Assembly: GCA_038087875.1 (NCBI GenBank)
Contig: CM075997.1
Coordinates: 1 to 64,000, forward strand
Direction of reading: 5' to 3'
Origin: Malacoraja senta
Lineage: Eukaryota
DNA: 64,000 nucleotides
The number at the start of each line of letters is the position of its first letter. The first letter of the stretch is position 1. The notes below the pieces were generated by a model. The model did no database searches. It saw only the letters and a list, made by a program, of their open reading frames with translations, and had not been told where the DNA came from. The position numbers and the translations under genes are program-made. Shown here in pieces: positions 31,646 to 45,087 of this stretch.

Positions 31646-34600
31646 TGTAACCGATATAGAGGTCCATTAAAACAGCTCTCTGTTCCAGGGTAAATGCTAA
31701 AGCCATCATTGGTTTCCACCGTGATAAATTTCAAAATCACTTTAAAGGAAATGAAAAAGAGGAATTAATGTAGGTTGAATGTTAGAACAAAATGAATATT
31801 TTTGAAACTTCTCAGTTGGTAAAATAATTGATTAAAGGATCTTTGCCTCAAGGCAGTGTTCTAGTTTTGAGATTTCAAACTCCATTTCATTGATACCTGG
31901 AGCAGCTGCCTCCATCAACCGTGTATGGTACGGGTGTGTTTCCATCAATGCTCAATGTGGGACTCTGGGGAGCATCATTAATCAGAAATATCCATTATTG
32001 AATATACATTATCATGGGTCAGCAGTCACATTTATGTAAATAGAAGTCGTTCCGTGGAACAAAAATATTTTCACAAATTTATTTGACAATTCAAGAAAGC
32101 CTGCTGAATTTATCGTGGCAAAACACAAATGTGCTGGAGGACTCTCAGCAGGTCAGGCAGCATCGATGGTGGGAATGTGTGAGCCAGAAGACACAACAGG
32201 CCAGAAGGCACCATATTTCAGCTACATGGAGTTAACATAGAAACCACGAGGTATATTTGAAAAGAGATAATTGGAATTAGGTAATTACAATTTCTATTCA
32301 CTGGTTTCCTTGTCACTTGTACAGAGATAGTGTTGGATGGTTTTATGCAAATTAAAATTATAAGTTATATTATAAACTCTAGTCACTTAAACATTGGCAA
32401 ATGGAAAACTGTATTAAAAAATCAATGAGTTCTGAAATGCGTATTTTGTAAATTAGCAAAGTATTTCACAAATGGGCCAAACACCAGGTTGTTATAACAT
32501 TACACAAGACACTGTGGAGCTGCAGTAAAAATAAAATCTCTACCAAGAGGTTTGAACAGTGCTTTTATAAATGAAACATGAATTTCCCAGCTTGGCTGTT
32601 ATTATCATCAGTTACCAGCTTCACTGTTATCAACCTTTCTCTATTCAACAGGTCCTTGTTGATATGTGAACTCGTCTAAGTGCTTGGAATTTCAATGAGG
32701 TAAATAATGTCCTATTCCTCCCTCTTTAATTCGAGGCCACACATCTGCTCAGAAAATGTAATTGTGTTTTCCGGCTGTAGATATTCAACAAAATTGTGAG
32801 ACTTTGATCATAAACTCAGGTCAACGCCCTTCTAAAGAGATGTTGATTAACGCATGGTTAGTGTTCCTCCATCTGCAGGCTGAGCAATTCTCACAAAATG
32901 CTTCCATCTTCAAGTACCAAGTCTTCAAGCCCATTAAAACTTTAACATTCAAGGTCTATAAAAGGCGTTGTCCACAACTGGAAGAGTAAAGTAATAAATG
33001 TTAGATCGGATGCAAATCTTGCGTTCCAGTATCTTGTCTCTGAATCCATGCTGCAACATTGAGGATACAGTGGTATATGGCAGACAAACTGCTACTGTAA
33101 ATATTTATCTCATGTCAGTCATACATCAGAGAAACATGTCTTTGAGCCCAACAAACCCATTCATCACGCCCAGTAACACCAATCCCATTTTATTCTGCCC
33201 ACATTCCCATAAACTCCGTCTCAAGAAGGGTCCCGACCCGAAACGTCACCTGTTCCTATTCTCCAGAGATGCTGCCTGACCTGCTGAGTTACTTCACCTT
33301 TTTGTGCCTTATCTTCCCATAAACTAACCTGGATTCAACCATTTACTTACACAGTGGTGTCAGTGACCAATAAACCGAAAATTGAGCATTTTCATAGAAT
33401 GTAGGAGGAAACAGGAGCACCTGAAGGAAATGATAGCGTCACAGGGTGAACATGCAACTCCACGCAGACAGAGCCAGGGGTGAGAATCGAACCTGGGTCT
33501 CTGGAGCTGAGAGGCAGCAGCTCTGATGGTGATGTACACTGAGTAATAAGGATTGAAATCTTATATTGAATCTAATAAAAACGCAGACACCGTTGTCTTG
33601 ATTTGTGCCCCCAGAGGTTTTATTGTATCGTCACCAACAGTAAATGAGGAGGTAGGTAACCACTAGATGACTGATCTAATAAAACATTTTAGATGGCAAG
33701 TATTTTCAATTTTAGCAGGGTTTTCATCAATTTTTTCTGCCTCCTTCCTGGTACTGTCACAGAACATAATACAGTACGTCATATTCCTTTTCACCAGAGA
33801 TGCTGCCTGTCCCACTGAGTTACTCCAGCATTTGTGTCTAAAACTAAAATTCCTGCTCGCAGTAGCTTAACAGGTCCATAAACACAATAACACACACGGA
33901 TAAATATCTCATAAACATAAATGCAATTAATTGATAATCGTAATACTGAGATCTCTGGAAAGAAGGAATGGGTGACGTTTCGGGTCGAGACCCTTCTTCA
34001 GATTGAGAGATCAGCCATGATCGAATGGCAGAGTAGACATGATGGGCCGAATGGCCTAACTCTTCAATCACTTGTGATCTTGAGATCATAAGTGATAGGA
34101 GCAGAATTAGGCCATTCGGCCCATCAAGTCTACTCTGCCATTCAATCATGGCTGATCTATCTCTCCCTCATAACCCCATTCTCCTGCCTTCTCCCCATAA
34201 CCCCTGACACCAGATTTGCACATATTAGTGTAAAACCTTCAGGTCAGGCTTTCTATGGATGATTTTATTTTGCAATATGGGAAAGAATTGCAGCCCGTTT
34301 GTCCACAGCGAATCCCACAAACAGTAGCGATGAGAGGAGACAATATTCTTGCAGCAAATGTCATCTGACAGACAATATAGCAAGCAGACGGAGTCTTGTT
34401 GAAGGAGATAGATGACTTGCTTGTGTGTGGATGTTGCCTCGATAGCAGCGGAGATTGAAATCCGATATGTCGGGCCGATAACATTTCCTGCTTAAAGGCA
34501 AAACTGCGTCCCGTCACCTTGGGGGCCAGGGCTGATGTCAACGGAGTTTAAGAGTGCGGTGTCTGGTTCCACTGTTGACCTTGCTTGCTGCCTTATCTCT

Positions 34601-35607
34601 CCGCCAAACCAGCCTCTCCCGTGAGGGTATCGATACCCGTGGACAAAGATTCCCCTCAGTCAAGGCTTCAGTGTTCCGCTTTACAGCGGAGCAAGGGGGC
34701 ACAAAGTGTAATCCACAACTTCACAAGTGATAGGAGAAGAGTTAGACCATTCGGCCCATCATGTCTACTCTGCCATTTGATCATGGCTGATCTGAAGAAG
34801 GGTCTCGACCCGAAACATCACCCATTCCTTCTCTCCAGAGATGTTGCCTGTCCCGCTGAGTTCCTCCAACATTTTGTGTCTACCTTCGATTTAAACCAGC
34901 ATCTGTAGTTGTTTCCTACACATGGCTGATCTATCTCTCCCTCCAAACCGCATTCTCCCCATAACCCCTGACACCGATACTAATCAGAATCTATCTATCT
35001 CTGCCTTAAAAATATCCATTGACTTGGCCTCCACAGCCATCTATGGTAAAGAATCCCACAGATTCACCACCCTCTGACTAAAGAAATTCCTCCTCATCTA
35101 CTTCCTAAAGGTATGTCCTTTTATTCTGAGGCTGTGCCCTCTGGTCCTAGACTCTCCCACTAGTGGAAACAGCTGGACTTACTCGGCAGGTCAGGCAGCA
35201 TCTCATAAGGTCATAAGGAATAGGACTAGATTTAGGCCATTCGGTCCATCAAGTCACTGCCATTGAATTATGGCTGATCTATCTCTCCCTCCTAATCCTG
35301 TTCTACTGTCTTCTCCCCATAACCCCTGACACCTGTACTAATCAAGATTCTAAGGTAGACACAAAATGCTGGAGTAACTCAGCGGGACAGGCATCATCTC
35401 TGGAGAGAAGGAATGGGTGACGTTTCCGGTCGAGACCCTTCTTCAGTCTTAATCAAGAATCTATCTCTGCCTTAAAAATACCCAATGACTTGTCCTCCAC
35501 AGCCGTCTGTGGCAATGAATTCCACAGATTCACCACCCTCTTGCTTAAGAAATTCCTCCCCATCTCCTTCCTCTCCTTTCTTCTCTGGAGAAAAGGAATA
35601 GACTGAG

Positions 35608-35826
35608 GACTGAAGAAGGGTCTCGACCCGAAACGACACCTATTCCTTTTCTCCAGAGATGCTGCCTGACCCGCTGAGTTACTGCAGCACTCTGTGAAAC
35701 GTCACCTATCCATGTTCTCCACAGATGCTGCCTGTCCCGCTGAGTTACTCCAGCACTCTGAAACGTCACCTATCCATGTTCTCCACAGATGCTGCCTGAC
35801 CAGCTGAGTTACTCCAGCACTCTGTG
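35608..35826 (+). repeat. Three tandem ~62-65-bp Penelope pseudo-LTR segments
   Basis: GAAACG(T/A)CACCTAT..AGATGCTGCCTG..GCTGAGTTACT.CAGCACTCT repeated three times; the first copy is preceded by CTGAAGAAGGGTCTCGACCC. Confidence 0.8.
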
Positions 35827-36800
35827 TCGACATTGCTGGCCCTCGAGCCCCTCTGCCATTAGGTGGGGTCAGGTTACACAGCGAAGTGGAGATACAACTG
35901 TGGCACGGATCGGTTTCATTAAGTGAGTCCACTTTGCAGTGCTGACTTCCCTTCCCCTGGAGATAACCTGTCTCCAAGGCCCATTTAATATTCATTCACA
36001 GCAACAGTACACCCTGTGGTAAGCACAACGCTTGACTTTCACATTTGCATTTGTGGCTTTTGATTGACGATTGAGATTTTTTTTTTAAAGCTGGTTACAT
36101 GTCTTAACCCTTTCCCTGAAATGGCTCGATTTTAATCATAAGGTCATAGGTTCATGATGCCAAGTTAAACTAATCTCCTCTGGCCTCGGTGTCAGAGGTC
36201 ATGGGGAGAAGGCAGGAGAATGGGGTTAGATCATAAGGTCATATGAGCAGAATTAGGCCATTCGGCCCATCAAGTCTACTCCGCCATTTAATCATGGCTG
36301 ATCTATTCAAGAGAGTGTTGTATATAGCTCTTAGGGCTAAAAAATCAAGGGATATGGGGAGAAAGCAGGAACGGGGTACATATTTAGGATGATCATATTG
36401 AATGGCGGTGCTGGCTCAAAGGGCCGAATGGCCTACTCCTGCACCTATTGTCTATCTTTCTAAACGATGGCACCTCAGAGTGTATCAGCCTCTGCTGTAT
36501 CATTGCTGGAGCCATGTAGCAGACTGACAAAGAACGGTAGCATAGCGGTAGAGTTGCTGCCTCACAGCACCAGAGATCCAGGTTCGATCCTGACTACAGC
36601 TGCTGTCTGTACGGAGTTTGCACGTTCTCCCCGTGACCTGTGTGGGTTTCTCACGGGTGCTCCGCTTTCCTCCCACACTCCAAAGAGGTGCAGGTTTGTA
36701 GGTTAATTGGCTTGGTGTAATTGTAAATTGTCCCGAGTGTGTGTGTGTAGGATAGTGTTAGTGTACGGGGTGTTCGCTGGTCCTCCGCAAACTCGGTGGG

Positions 36801-37300
36801 CACAAAGTCTGCGACGACCAGACTGTAGAATCATCAGAGACACACTACATCCAGCTCACTCCCTGCTCAAACATCAAAAACTGCACATACAACCTCAGGC
36901 ACAGACGAGCGGACAGCATCGCCACAAACAGAACACGCTTTTTCAAGAGCTTCTTCCCTGCCACAGTGAGACTCTTGGCCAAAACAAAATGAACTGATGT
37001 CCTGACCCACCTCATAACATATCATATTATATCATATTATATTGTCTCCTGGGCCTTTGCAATTTACAATGCAATCGACACTTCTATATAGGGTTTGTGT
37101 AATTTACAATGCTCTTCACTTTCCCCTTTATATAGGGTTTTCTTTTTTATTTCTAGAGAAGTATATGTTTTTATAGATTATGTGTCTTTCTGTGTGTCTT
37201 TTTAACTTGACTTGACTTGACTCTCTGAACAACCGCACAAGAGTTCCTATGTGTGTAAGCACAAATGGCAAATAAAGTTTTTTGATTTGATTTTTGATTT
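36801..37300 (+). mobile_element. Rex1-like 3' fragment inserted in an HE1 SINE tail
   Basis: RIIRDTLHPAHSL.., then AATAAA and a (TTTGA)n tail. Splits the SINE tail CTCGGTGGGC|..|AAGGGCCTG (SINE body 36535-36800). Confidence 0.7.
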
Positions 37301-37388
37301 GAAGGGCCTGTATTTCTAAACTGAACTCGATGGGTCAGAGGGGCCATTTGTGCCACAGGAAGGAAGCAGCTTAGAAATGTCGTGAGAC

Positions 37389-37943
37389 GCCAACTATAAA
37401 TATGTGGATTTCAAATATGTTTGAAACATTACACCTAGAAGAGATAAGACTCCTCCTAGCAGGTAAACCAGATCACTTCCACCTGACGTGGTCTGCATTT
37501 ATAGAATTATTACAAACATAGGGTGCAAAAGTACTTAAAAAAAAATAAAAAATTGAGGTCAGGTAAGGGGGGATGATAGTTGAAGAGTTGGTATGTCCTA
37601 TTTACGTGATGCTCAAAAAAAAAAAAAACATTTGTTTCTTTTTTTTTTTCTCTTTCTCTTTTCTTTTCTTAGGGCCTATTTCTTAACTCTTTTTCTTTTT
37701 GTTTTTAATTTCGCTCTTATAGGGTCTTCGTCCTCTTTTGTTGTTACATTTTCTACACTTTTCTACACTTGCACTTTTTCCTTCACTTTCTTTCTCTTTC
37801 AATCTTTTCTTTTTTCTAGTGTAAAAAAATAAATAAAGGGAGTACATTAATTGTAAGAAGATATAAATGACGAGTATTAATGTATGTGGTTGTAATGTAA
37901 TGTACTTCTAATAAATAAAAATTAAAAAAAAGAAAAAAAAAAA
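37389..37943 (+). mobile_element. 5'-truncated L1 LINE with poly(A) tail and 16-bp TSD
   Basis: PTINMWISNMFETLHLEEIRLLLAGKPDHFHLTWSAFIELLQT* (fish-type L1 ORF2 end), AATAAA, A-tail. AGAAATGTCGTGAGAC at 37373-37388 and 37944-37959; TT/AGAA nick site. Confidence 0.9.
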
Positions 37944-39249
37944 AGAAATGTCGTGAGACAAGGAAGTTGAGATAAATACCCGACCTTGATTCAACTGTGA
38001 GAGCATGGCACTGTCAATAGACCTTACAACCATAAGTCATAGGAGCAGGATTAGGCCATTCGGCCCATCAAGTCTGCTCCGCCATTCAATCACGGTTGAT
38101 TTATTTTTCCCTCTCAACCCCATTCTCCTTCCCGCCTTCTCCCTGCAACCTTTAACCCTTTGATTAATTCTTGAGGGATTCATCAAGAACCCATCAATCT
38201 CCATTTTTAAAATACCCAATGACTTGGCCTCCACCGCCTTCTGTGACATTGAATCCCACAGATTCACCACTCTCTGGCTAAAGAAATTCCTCCTCGTCTC
38301 CATTCTAAGTCCGTTTACGAGAAAAAGTTTTTAAAACTCACCACGTTCGTCTTCTCCCCAATGGTGATCTTTCCTCTGCATCTTTGGACCGTGTTCACCC
38401 GCCATTGGAAGTAGTCTTTCATTATTTACTGCAATGCGTTTGGGATGCCTTTCCCAGATCGGTCATTTATTATATCAGGTTGCGTGAATAAATAATTATT
38501 CTCATTCCTTGTCATTCCTTGTGAAACCCTGGTACATCTTTCCCAAGAGTATACCTTGACAGTGCATAGTGTAGGCTGTGAATGAAGAGAGTAGGAAGGA
38601 ACTGCAGGATGATTACACTGAAGATAGACACAAAATGCAGTCCTTTTCACACCTTACATGCTCCTTGTACCAGATCCCTACTTTCCCTCTCCCCTGACTC
38701 TCAGTCTGAAGCAGGGTCTCGACCCAAAACGTCACCCATTCCTTCTCTCCAGAGATGCTGCCTGTCCCACTGGGTTACTCCAGCTTTTTGTGTCTATCTT
38801 CTGTTGAATGAAGACACGGGTTTAAGACAAGATTTTGGAATCATCTTTTTATCTGACTAATTATACCTGAAAGAAGAAACACCTTCTGTCCAAACCGGTT
38901 TGTGGGTAGATTCCCACAATCCATAGAGCGTGGTAAAAAAAACCCAACAAAGAATACTTGACTTGATGGATGAGCTCAATGTGACTTGACAGGATGAAGA
39001 GAATGTGAATGTCTTAGAGGCAAGTCTGATTTGGCAAGCTCGAGAGCAACTTTTTTTTTTTTAAAAGATGACCCACATAAGTTTTCAAAAGATGTTCAAT
39101 AGCTGTCTTGTTTATTTAATAAAAGATTTGCATTTAATTGCAGCTTTTGATGTTCATTTCAATAGAACCCAAAGTACTGTGAAATCAACACAGTCACAAT
39201 TAGGAAAAAAAAACTGCCAATTCACAGAAATATTCCCATCAACAACAAT

Positions 39250-39725
39250 ATGATTATGTTTAGTTTATGGATAATATGATATGATAATGACTAATAATAT
39301 GACTAGCATAATGATTATATAATTACTATCATCTAGTCTTATTATCGAGTCACATTATATAACGTCAAATATATCATATATTTAAAAGTATATAGTAATA
39401 TTATATGGTAGACAAAAATTCTGGGTGAGGCGGCATCTATGGAGCGAAGGAATAGGTGACGTTTCGGATCGAGGACCCGAAACGTCACCTATTCCTTCGC
39501 TCTATAGATGCTGCCTCACCTGCTGAGTTTCACCAGCATTTTTGTCTACCTTTGATTTTTCCAGCATCTGCAGTTCCTTCTTAAACATTTAGTCATATTA
39601 TATAATATATTATATTGTATGACATATAATAAGGCTATATTATAGCAATTATATTGTCATACAATATAATATATATAATAAACCAATATCATGACTATAA
39701 TATAGTATTATACAGTCATATTATG
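39250..39725. repeat. AT-rich degenerate (TATAA/TATAT) tract interrupted by a palindromic Penelope insert
   Basis: Direct inspection; TAGT(A/C)ATATTATAT flanks the insert at ~39407-39588. Confidence 0.7.
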
Positions 39726-42084
39726 TAAGGTAGACACAAAATGCTGGAGTAACTCAGTGGGACAGGCAGCATCTCTGGCAAGAAGGAATGGGTCTATTCT
39801 ATATTTTCCTTGAACCTCATCTCTTTTGATGTCTCATTTTCACACCTTTCCTTTCCTTATCTCTGTATCTCCCTCTCCTCTGACTCTCAGTCTGAAGAAG
39901 GATCTTGACCCAAACCGTCACCGATTCCTTCTCTCCGGAGACACTGCCTGTTACTCCGGCATTTTGTTACTCCGGCATTTTGTGTCTATCTTCGGTCCAA
40001 TGGAGTAGTTTGTCATTATCTTCTCAAGGGAAGTCAGGGATGGGCAATGAAAGCTGCCTTTGCAAACAACTCCCAACGCCAGAGGCTAACCAGCAGTTAG
40101 TAAAATCACTGTGACCTCCTCAACTCGACTACAGCAAAGCATCTAGCCGTCATCTCCATGTTGATTTATGAACTAATATCATTTCACATCACTTTACACA
40201 TTCCTTAATTACTTCGAGGAACGAAGATCTTTTATCTTTGGTTGGAATCATGTAATGATTGTTGGATAGCATGCAAAAAAAACTTTTCGTTGTACCTTGG
40301 TACAGGTGACCATAATAAACTAATATCATTACCGAGCTTAGATATAAAGTCACAACACCAATCCTCAAAAGCACACAAAGTAACTCGGCACGTCAGGCAG
40401 CATCTCTGGAGAACATGAATTAAGTGACCCGTCTTCAGAATGAGTTACCCCAGCACTTTGTGTCCTTTCGTGTAAACCAGCACCTGCAGTTCCTTCCTTC
40501 AACACCTATAAATCAGTTGCTTCTTGCGACATTGTTGGCTGAACGTCAGTAAGATAGACAGACACAAAATGCTGGAGTAGCTCAGCAGGTCAGAAGGATT
40601 TCGACCCGAAACGTCACCTATTCCTTTTCTCCAGAGATGCTGCCAGTCCCGCTGAGTTACTCCAGTATTTTGTGTCTGTCTTCAGGAGTAAACCAGCATC
40701 TGCCGTTCCTTCCTAAACTGAATTGAACTAAACTAATCTAAACTAAACCACGGTGGAGTTTGGACCTGATACTCCTTTGGCCTTTATCCATCAGTCAGAA
40801 GGTCATTACATGGTGGGGCAGGAGCCAGTATCCATCCACTCTTGAGCTAATGAGCCAACTGCTGTCCCAGATGGACTTACTCTTAATCTCAACCCTCAGA
40901 GGCTGTTCTAAGGTTAACGTCTGATTAAGTAGCTGTCAGCTCAATATGTTCATTTATTAATATTTAATAAACATCTCCAGTCAGAGGTTTTGTACAGTTT
41001 GGTGGGGGGGTGGGGGGATGGACAAAGAAATGTTCTATTGATTTCCCTTAGTTTAGGTGTAACTGATACTTTAAGTAAACTTGTTTGGGTCGCTGATTTT
41101 TAAGTGTCTTCTATTCGGTACATCATTAGTGAAGCACAGGGCAAGAGGTTAGTTCTTGAACCACCTTGTTTCTCCTGTGTGAAAGGCTTCGGAGGGGCAA
41201 CCATTGTGGGGAATTCCACTTTGAAAAGAAAAATATTTCAGTTAATTTGTACCTCAGAAGCATTCCAACGTGCTTTACAACAAAGAAATACTTTCGCAGT
41301 TTAGTTTAGGCTAGTTTAATTTAGTTTAGTTTATTGTCACGTGTAACGGGGTACAGTGAAAAGCTTTTGTTGCGTGCTGACCAGTCAGCGAAAAGACAAT
41401 ACATGATTACAATCGAGCCGTATAAAGTGACAAAGGGAATAACGGTAGACAAAAATACTGGAGAAACTCAGCGGGTGAAGCAGCATCTATGGAGCGAAGG
41501 AATAGGTGACGTTTCGGGTCGAGACCCTTGGGCCACCTATTCCTTCGCTCCATAGATGCTGCCTCACCCGCTGAGTTTCTCCAGCATTTTTGTCTACCTT
41601 CGATTTTTCCAGCATCTGCAGTTCTTTCTTAAACAAGGGAATAACGTGAATAACTGTGTAGGAAGGAACTGCAGATGCTGGTTTAAACCGAAGGCAGACG
41701 CAGATAGCTGGAGTAACTCAGCGGGACAGGCAGCATCTCTGGAGAGACGGAATAGGTGACGTTTAGGGTCACCCATTCCTTCTCTCCAGAAATAACATGA
41801 ATAACGTTTATTGCAAGACATAGTCCATAAAGTCCGATCAAAGAGTTTGAGGGGATTGCTTGATTGTATTCATGTGTAGTCTTTCCGCTGACTGGATAGC
41901 ATGTAACGCAAAGGTTTTTCACTGTACCTTGGTACACCTGACAATAAACTGAACTAAAAGAAGTGTAAATGGACATCCTAGGCTAATATTCCAGCCTAGG
42001 TACTGAGGAAGAACCACTATCAATCATTCTTAACCCATGTGAAGCTTCCTTCCTCTATAGTGTCCCACCAAACACTAACCATTG

Positions 42085-42470
42085 TAACACCCCGTCCCAT
42101 TCCCACGCTGACCTTTCTGTCCTGGGCCTCCATTGTCACATTGAGGCCACACGCAAACTGGAGGAACAGCACCTCATATTCCGCTTGGGCATTTTACATT
42201 CTAACGGTATGAACATTGATTTTTCGAAGTTTAAGTAACCTCATACAACCTCCCTCCCCCTCCCCTTTCTCCCCCACACCCGCCCCTCTCTTCCCCACCC
42301 CCTCCACTGTTTTGCACATGGACCTGCACGGACGTCTCCCTTCCCCCACCACCCACATTCCTTCCTCTGGCTTCACAATTCACAACTCTTCAATCCTCTT
42401 GTCTCACATTTTCTGTTTTAATCTCAGGCCTTTGTCAACCAAAAACAATCCTTGCCTGCATTCACATGTT
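42085..42470 (+). mobile_element. Penelope-like element 3' fragment (GIY-YIG endonuclease C-terminus and pyrimidine-rich UTR)
   Basis: DLSVLGL(L)HCH.EATRKLEEQHLIFRLG.LHSNGMNIDF, the typical vertebrate Penelope ORF end. Confidence 0.85.
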
Positions 42471-43889
42471 ACCTGCCACATGGACTCGGTGGGACGAAGA
42501 GCCTGTTTCCACGCTGTATCTCCAAACTAAGAGGTATATAAAATGATGAGAGGCATAGATAGGGTTGATAGACAGAACCTTTTTCCCAGGATTTAAAAAA
42601 AATCAAATACTAGAGGGCACAGCTTTAAGGTGAGAGGGGCAAAGTTTAAAGGAGATGTGTAGGGCAAGGTTTTACACAGATGGTGGTGAGTGCCTGGAAC
42701 ACCAGAGTCCCGGGTTCGATCCTGACTACGGGTGCTGTCTGTACGGAGTTTGTATGTTCTCCCCGTGACCTATGTGAGTTGATAGACAATAGGTGCAGGA
42801 GTAGGCCATTTGGTCCTTTGAGCCAGCACCGCCATTCAATGTGATCATGGCTGATCATCCCCAATCAGTATGGGAATCAGTTCTCCCCATATCCCCTGAC
42901 TCTGCTATTTTTAAGAGCCTTATCTAGCTCTCTCTTGAAAGCATCCAAAGAACCTGCCTCCACCGCCCTCTGAGGCAGAGAATTCCACAGACTCACCACT
43001 CTCTGTGAGATAAAGTGTTTCCTCATCTCCATTCTAAATGGCTTACTCCTTATTCTTAAATAAGTTTCCCCGTAACCTGCGTGGGTTTTCTCCAGGTGCT
43101 CTGGTTTCCTCCCACACTCCAAAGAAGTACAGGTTTGTAAGGTAATCAACTTTGTCCCTGGTGTGTGTAGGATAGTGTTAGTGTTTGGGGATCGCTGGTC
43201 GGCGTGGGCCGATGGGCCTGTTGCCGTGCTGTATCTCTAAACTAAACTAGACAAAACATAGATATGCAGGGAATTGAGGGGTATGGATTATGTGAAGACA
43301 GGTAAAAGTTGGTCTTGGCACTGATCTTGGAGGATGTAGGGGCTGTTCTACTCTGTATAAACTGTCAACACTTCAACAACGTGTTTCGAAAGTAGCCCAG
43401 CGATTCCTGTAACTGGGAAGAATGTTAAAGAAAGGTGTTGTATTAATGGAAGTCCTTTCTTCTCAGAGCTCCGCTCAGTCAAAGCTTTCACTGACTGAAA
43501 GGTGGGGCTTTGTAGCTGTCAAGCTACTAATCTCCCAGCCCATTCATTAATACAAGGCCGCAATTGTAGGCCTTATCCTTCAGAGGTGAGGTGAATAACG
43601 TACATTATTGACCAACACAACCCCTGACCCTTTCAAGGGTTTAGCCGCAAAAGGTGCAACAGACCATTGTAAAGGGCTTCTTCCTCCCAAAGGGCCACCT
43701 GTGGGTAACCTGAGAGCTCACCTTCACGCCAGAGCAGTCCGCGGATCGCTTACGAACCTGTTGTGACGAGGGAGTGTACTAACCTGCCCCCCACACCTTC
43801 TTCTGCACCAGCTAAATGACAATGGCGTCAAAGGTCACACAGGGACTGGGGCTGAGGGAAAAATAGATGAGGCATGGTCAAATGGTGGA

Positions 43890-44170
43890 GGTCGGTGGTG
43901 GAGTAGCCGCATTACAGCGCCAGAGACCCAGGTTCGATCCCGACTACGGGTGCTTTCTGTATGGAGTTTGTACGTTCTCCCTGTGACTTTCGTGGGTGCT
44001 CTGGTTTCTTCCCACACTCCAAAGACGTCCAGGTTTGTAGGCTAATTGGCATGGTAAAATTGTAAATTGTCCCCAGCGTGTGTAGGATATTGTACGTGTG
44101 TAGGGATCGCTGGTCGGCACAGACTCAGTTGGCCGAAGGGCCTATTTCCGTGCTGTATCTCGAAACTAAA
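43890..44170 (+). mobile_element. HE1-type V-SINE
   Basis: B-box, V-domain and tail. Confidence 0.8.
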
Positions 44171-44649
44171 GAGACTCAATGGGCCGAATGGCCCAATTTT
44201 GCTCCTATGTCTGATAATGCTACCATGCTGAGAACTATATTCTGTACTCATCTTTGGCTTTGCTCTATCTGTTAAGACTTGAGTTTGACTTGATAGTATT
44301 TATGTATGGTATTGTCTAGTACAGGATAGGATAGTTTTCAAGGGGTGTGGGCCAAACGCAGGCAGGTGGTACTAGTGTAGATGGGACAGGTTGGTCAGTG
44401 TGGACATGTTGGACTGAAGGGCCTGTTTTATACGCTGCAAGACTCCATGACTATGATTGAAGAGCAGGCAAAAACAAAGCTCTTCACTGTACCTTGTGTC
44501 ACTACACGTGACAATACAAGATCTTTCGTAGATTCTTCCCAAACCGTCATGATAGCAAGGATTAGACTTCACTGAAGCTGCCCAGATAACTCATCACATA
44601 CTGGGGACCTTACCCATGTGTTTGCAGTTTTTAAACCACCCATCCCTTC

Positions 44650-45087
44650 TACATTGGAGGAACAAAGCCTCATATTTAGCTTGGGCAGCTTACAACAATA
44701 TGAATATTGATTTCTCTAACTTCAAGTAACCCTTGCACTCCCTCTCTCTCCGCCCCTCCCCCACCCTAGTGGTTATACTAGCTTCAAAGTTGTCTTGAGT
44801 CTCATTGTCTGTAACTCATTTTCACCTAGTCGACAGCGTTTCCTTTATCATAGTTACTTTTTTGCATGTCTTTCATTTATTTGTTCAATATCACTCTACA
44901 TCATGGTCTATATATCTTGTTTCCCTTTCCCCCTGACTCTGAGTCTGAAGAAGGGTCTCGACCCAAAATGTCACCCATTCCTTTTCTCAATAGACAATAG
45001 GTGCAGGCTTAGGCCATTTGAGCCAGCACCTTTTCTCCAGAGATGTCCGACCAATTGAGTTACTCCAGGATTTTGTGTCTGTCTTCC
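44650..45087 (+). mobile_element. Penelope-like element 3' end linking the GIY-YIG tail to the pseudo-LTR/hammerhead-like segment
   Basis: LEEQSLIFSLGSLQ..MNIDFSNFK*, then UTR, then CTGAAGAAGGGTCTCGACCC at ~44945. This identifies the abundant short repeat as Penelope-derived. Confidence 0.8.

Noticed and set aside
38307..38335. CCGTTTACGAGAAAAAGTTTTT resembling a G-protein gamma C-terminus (GNG8 is near human PRKD2)
   Set aside because: Out of frame, no CAAX end, directly preceded by CR1 sequence; chance similarity.
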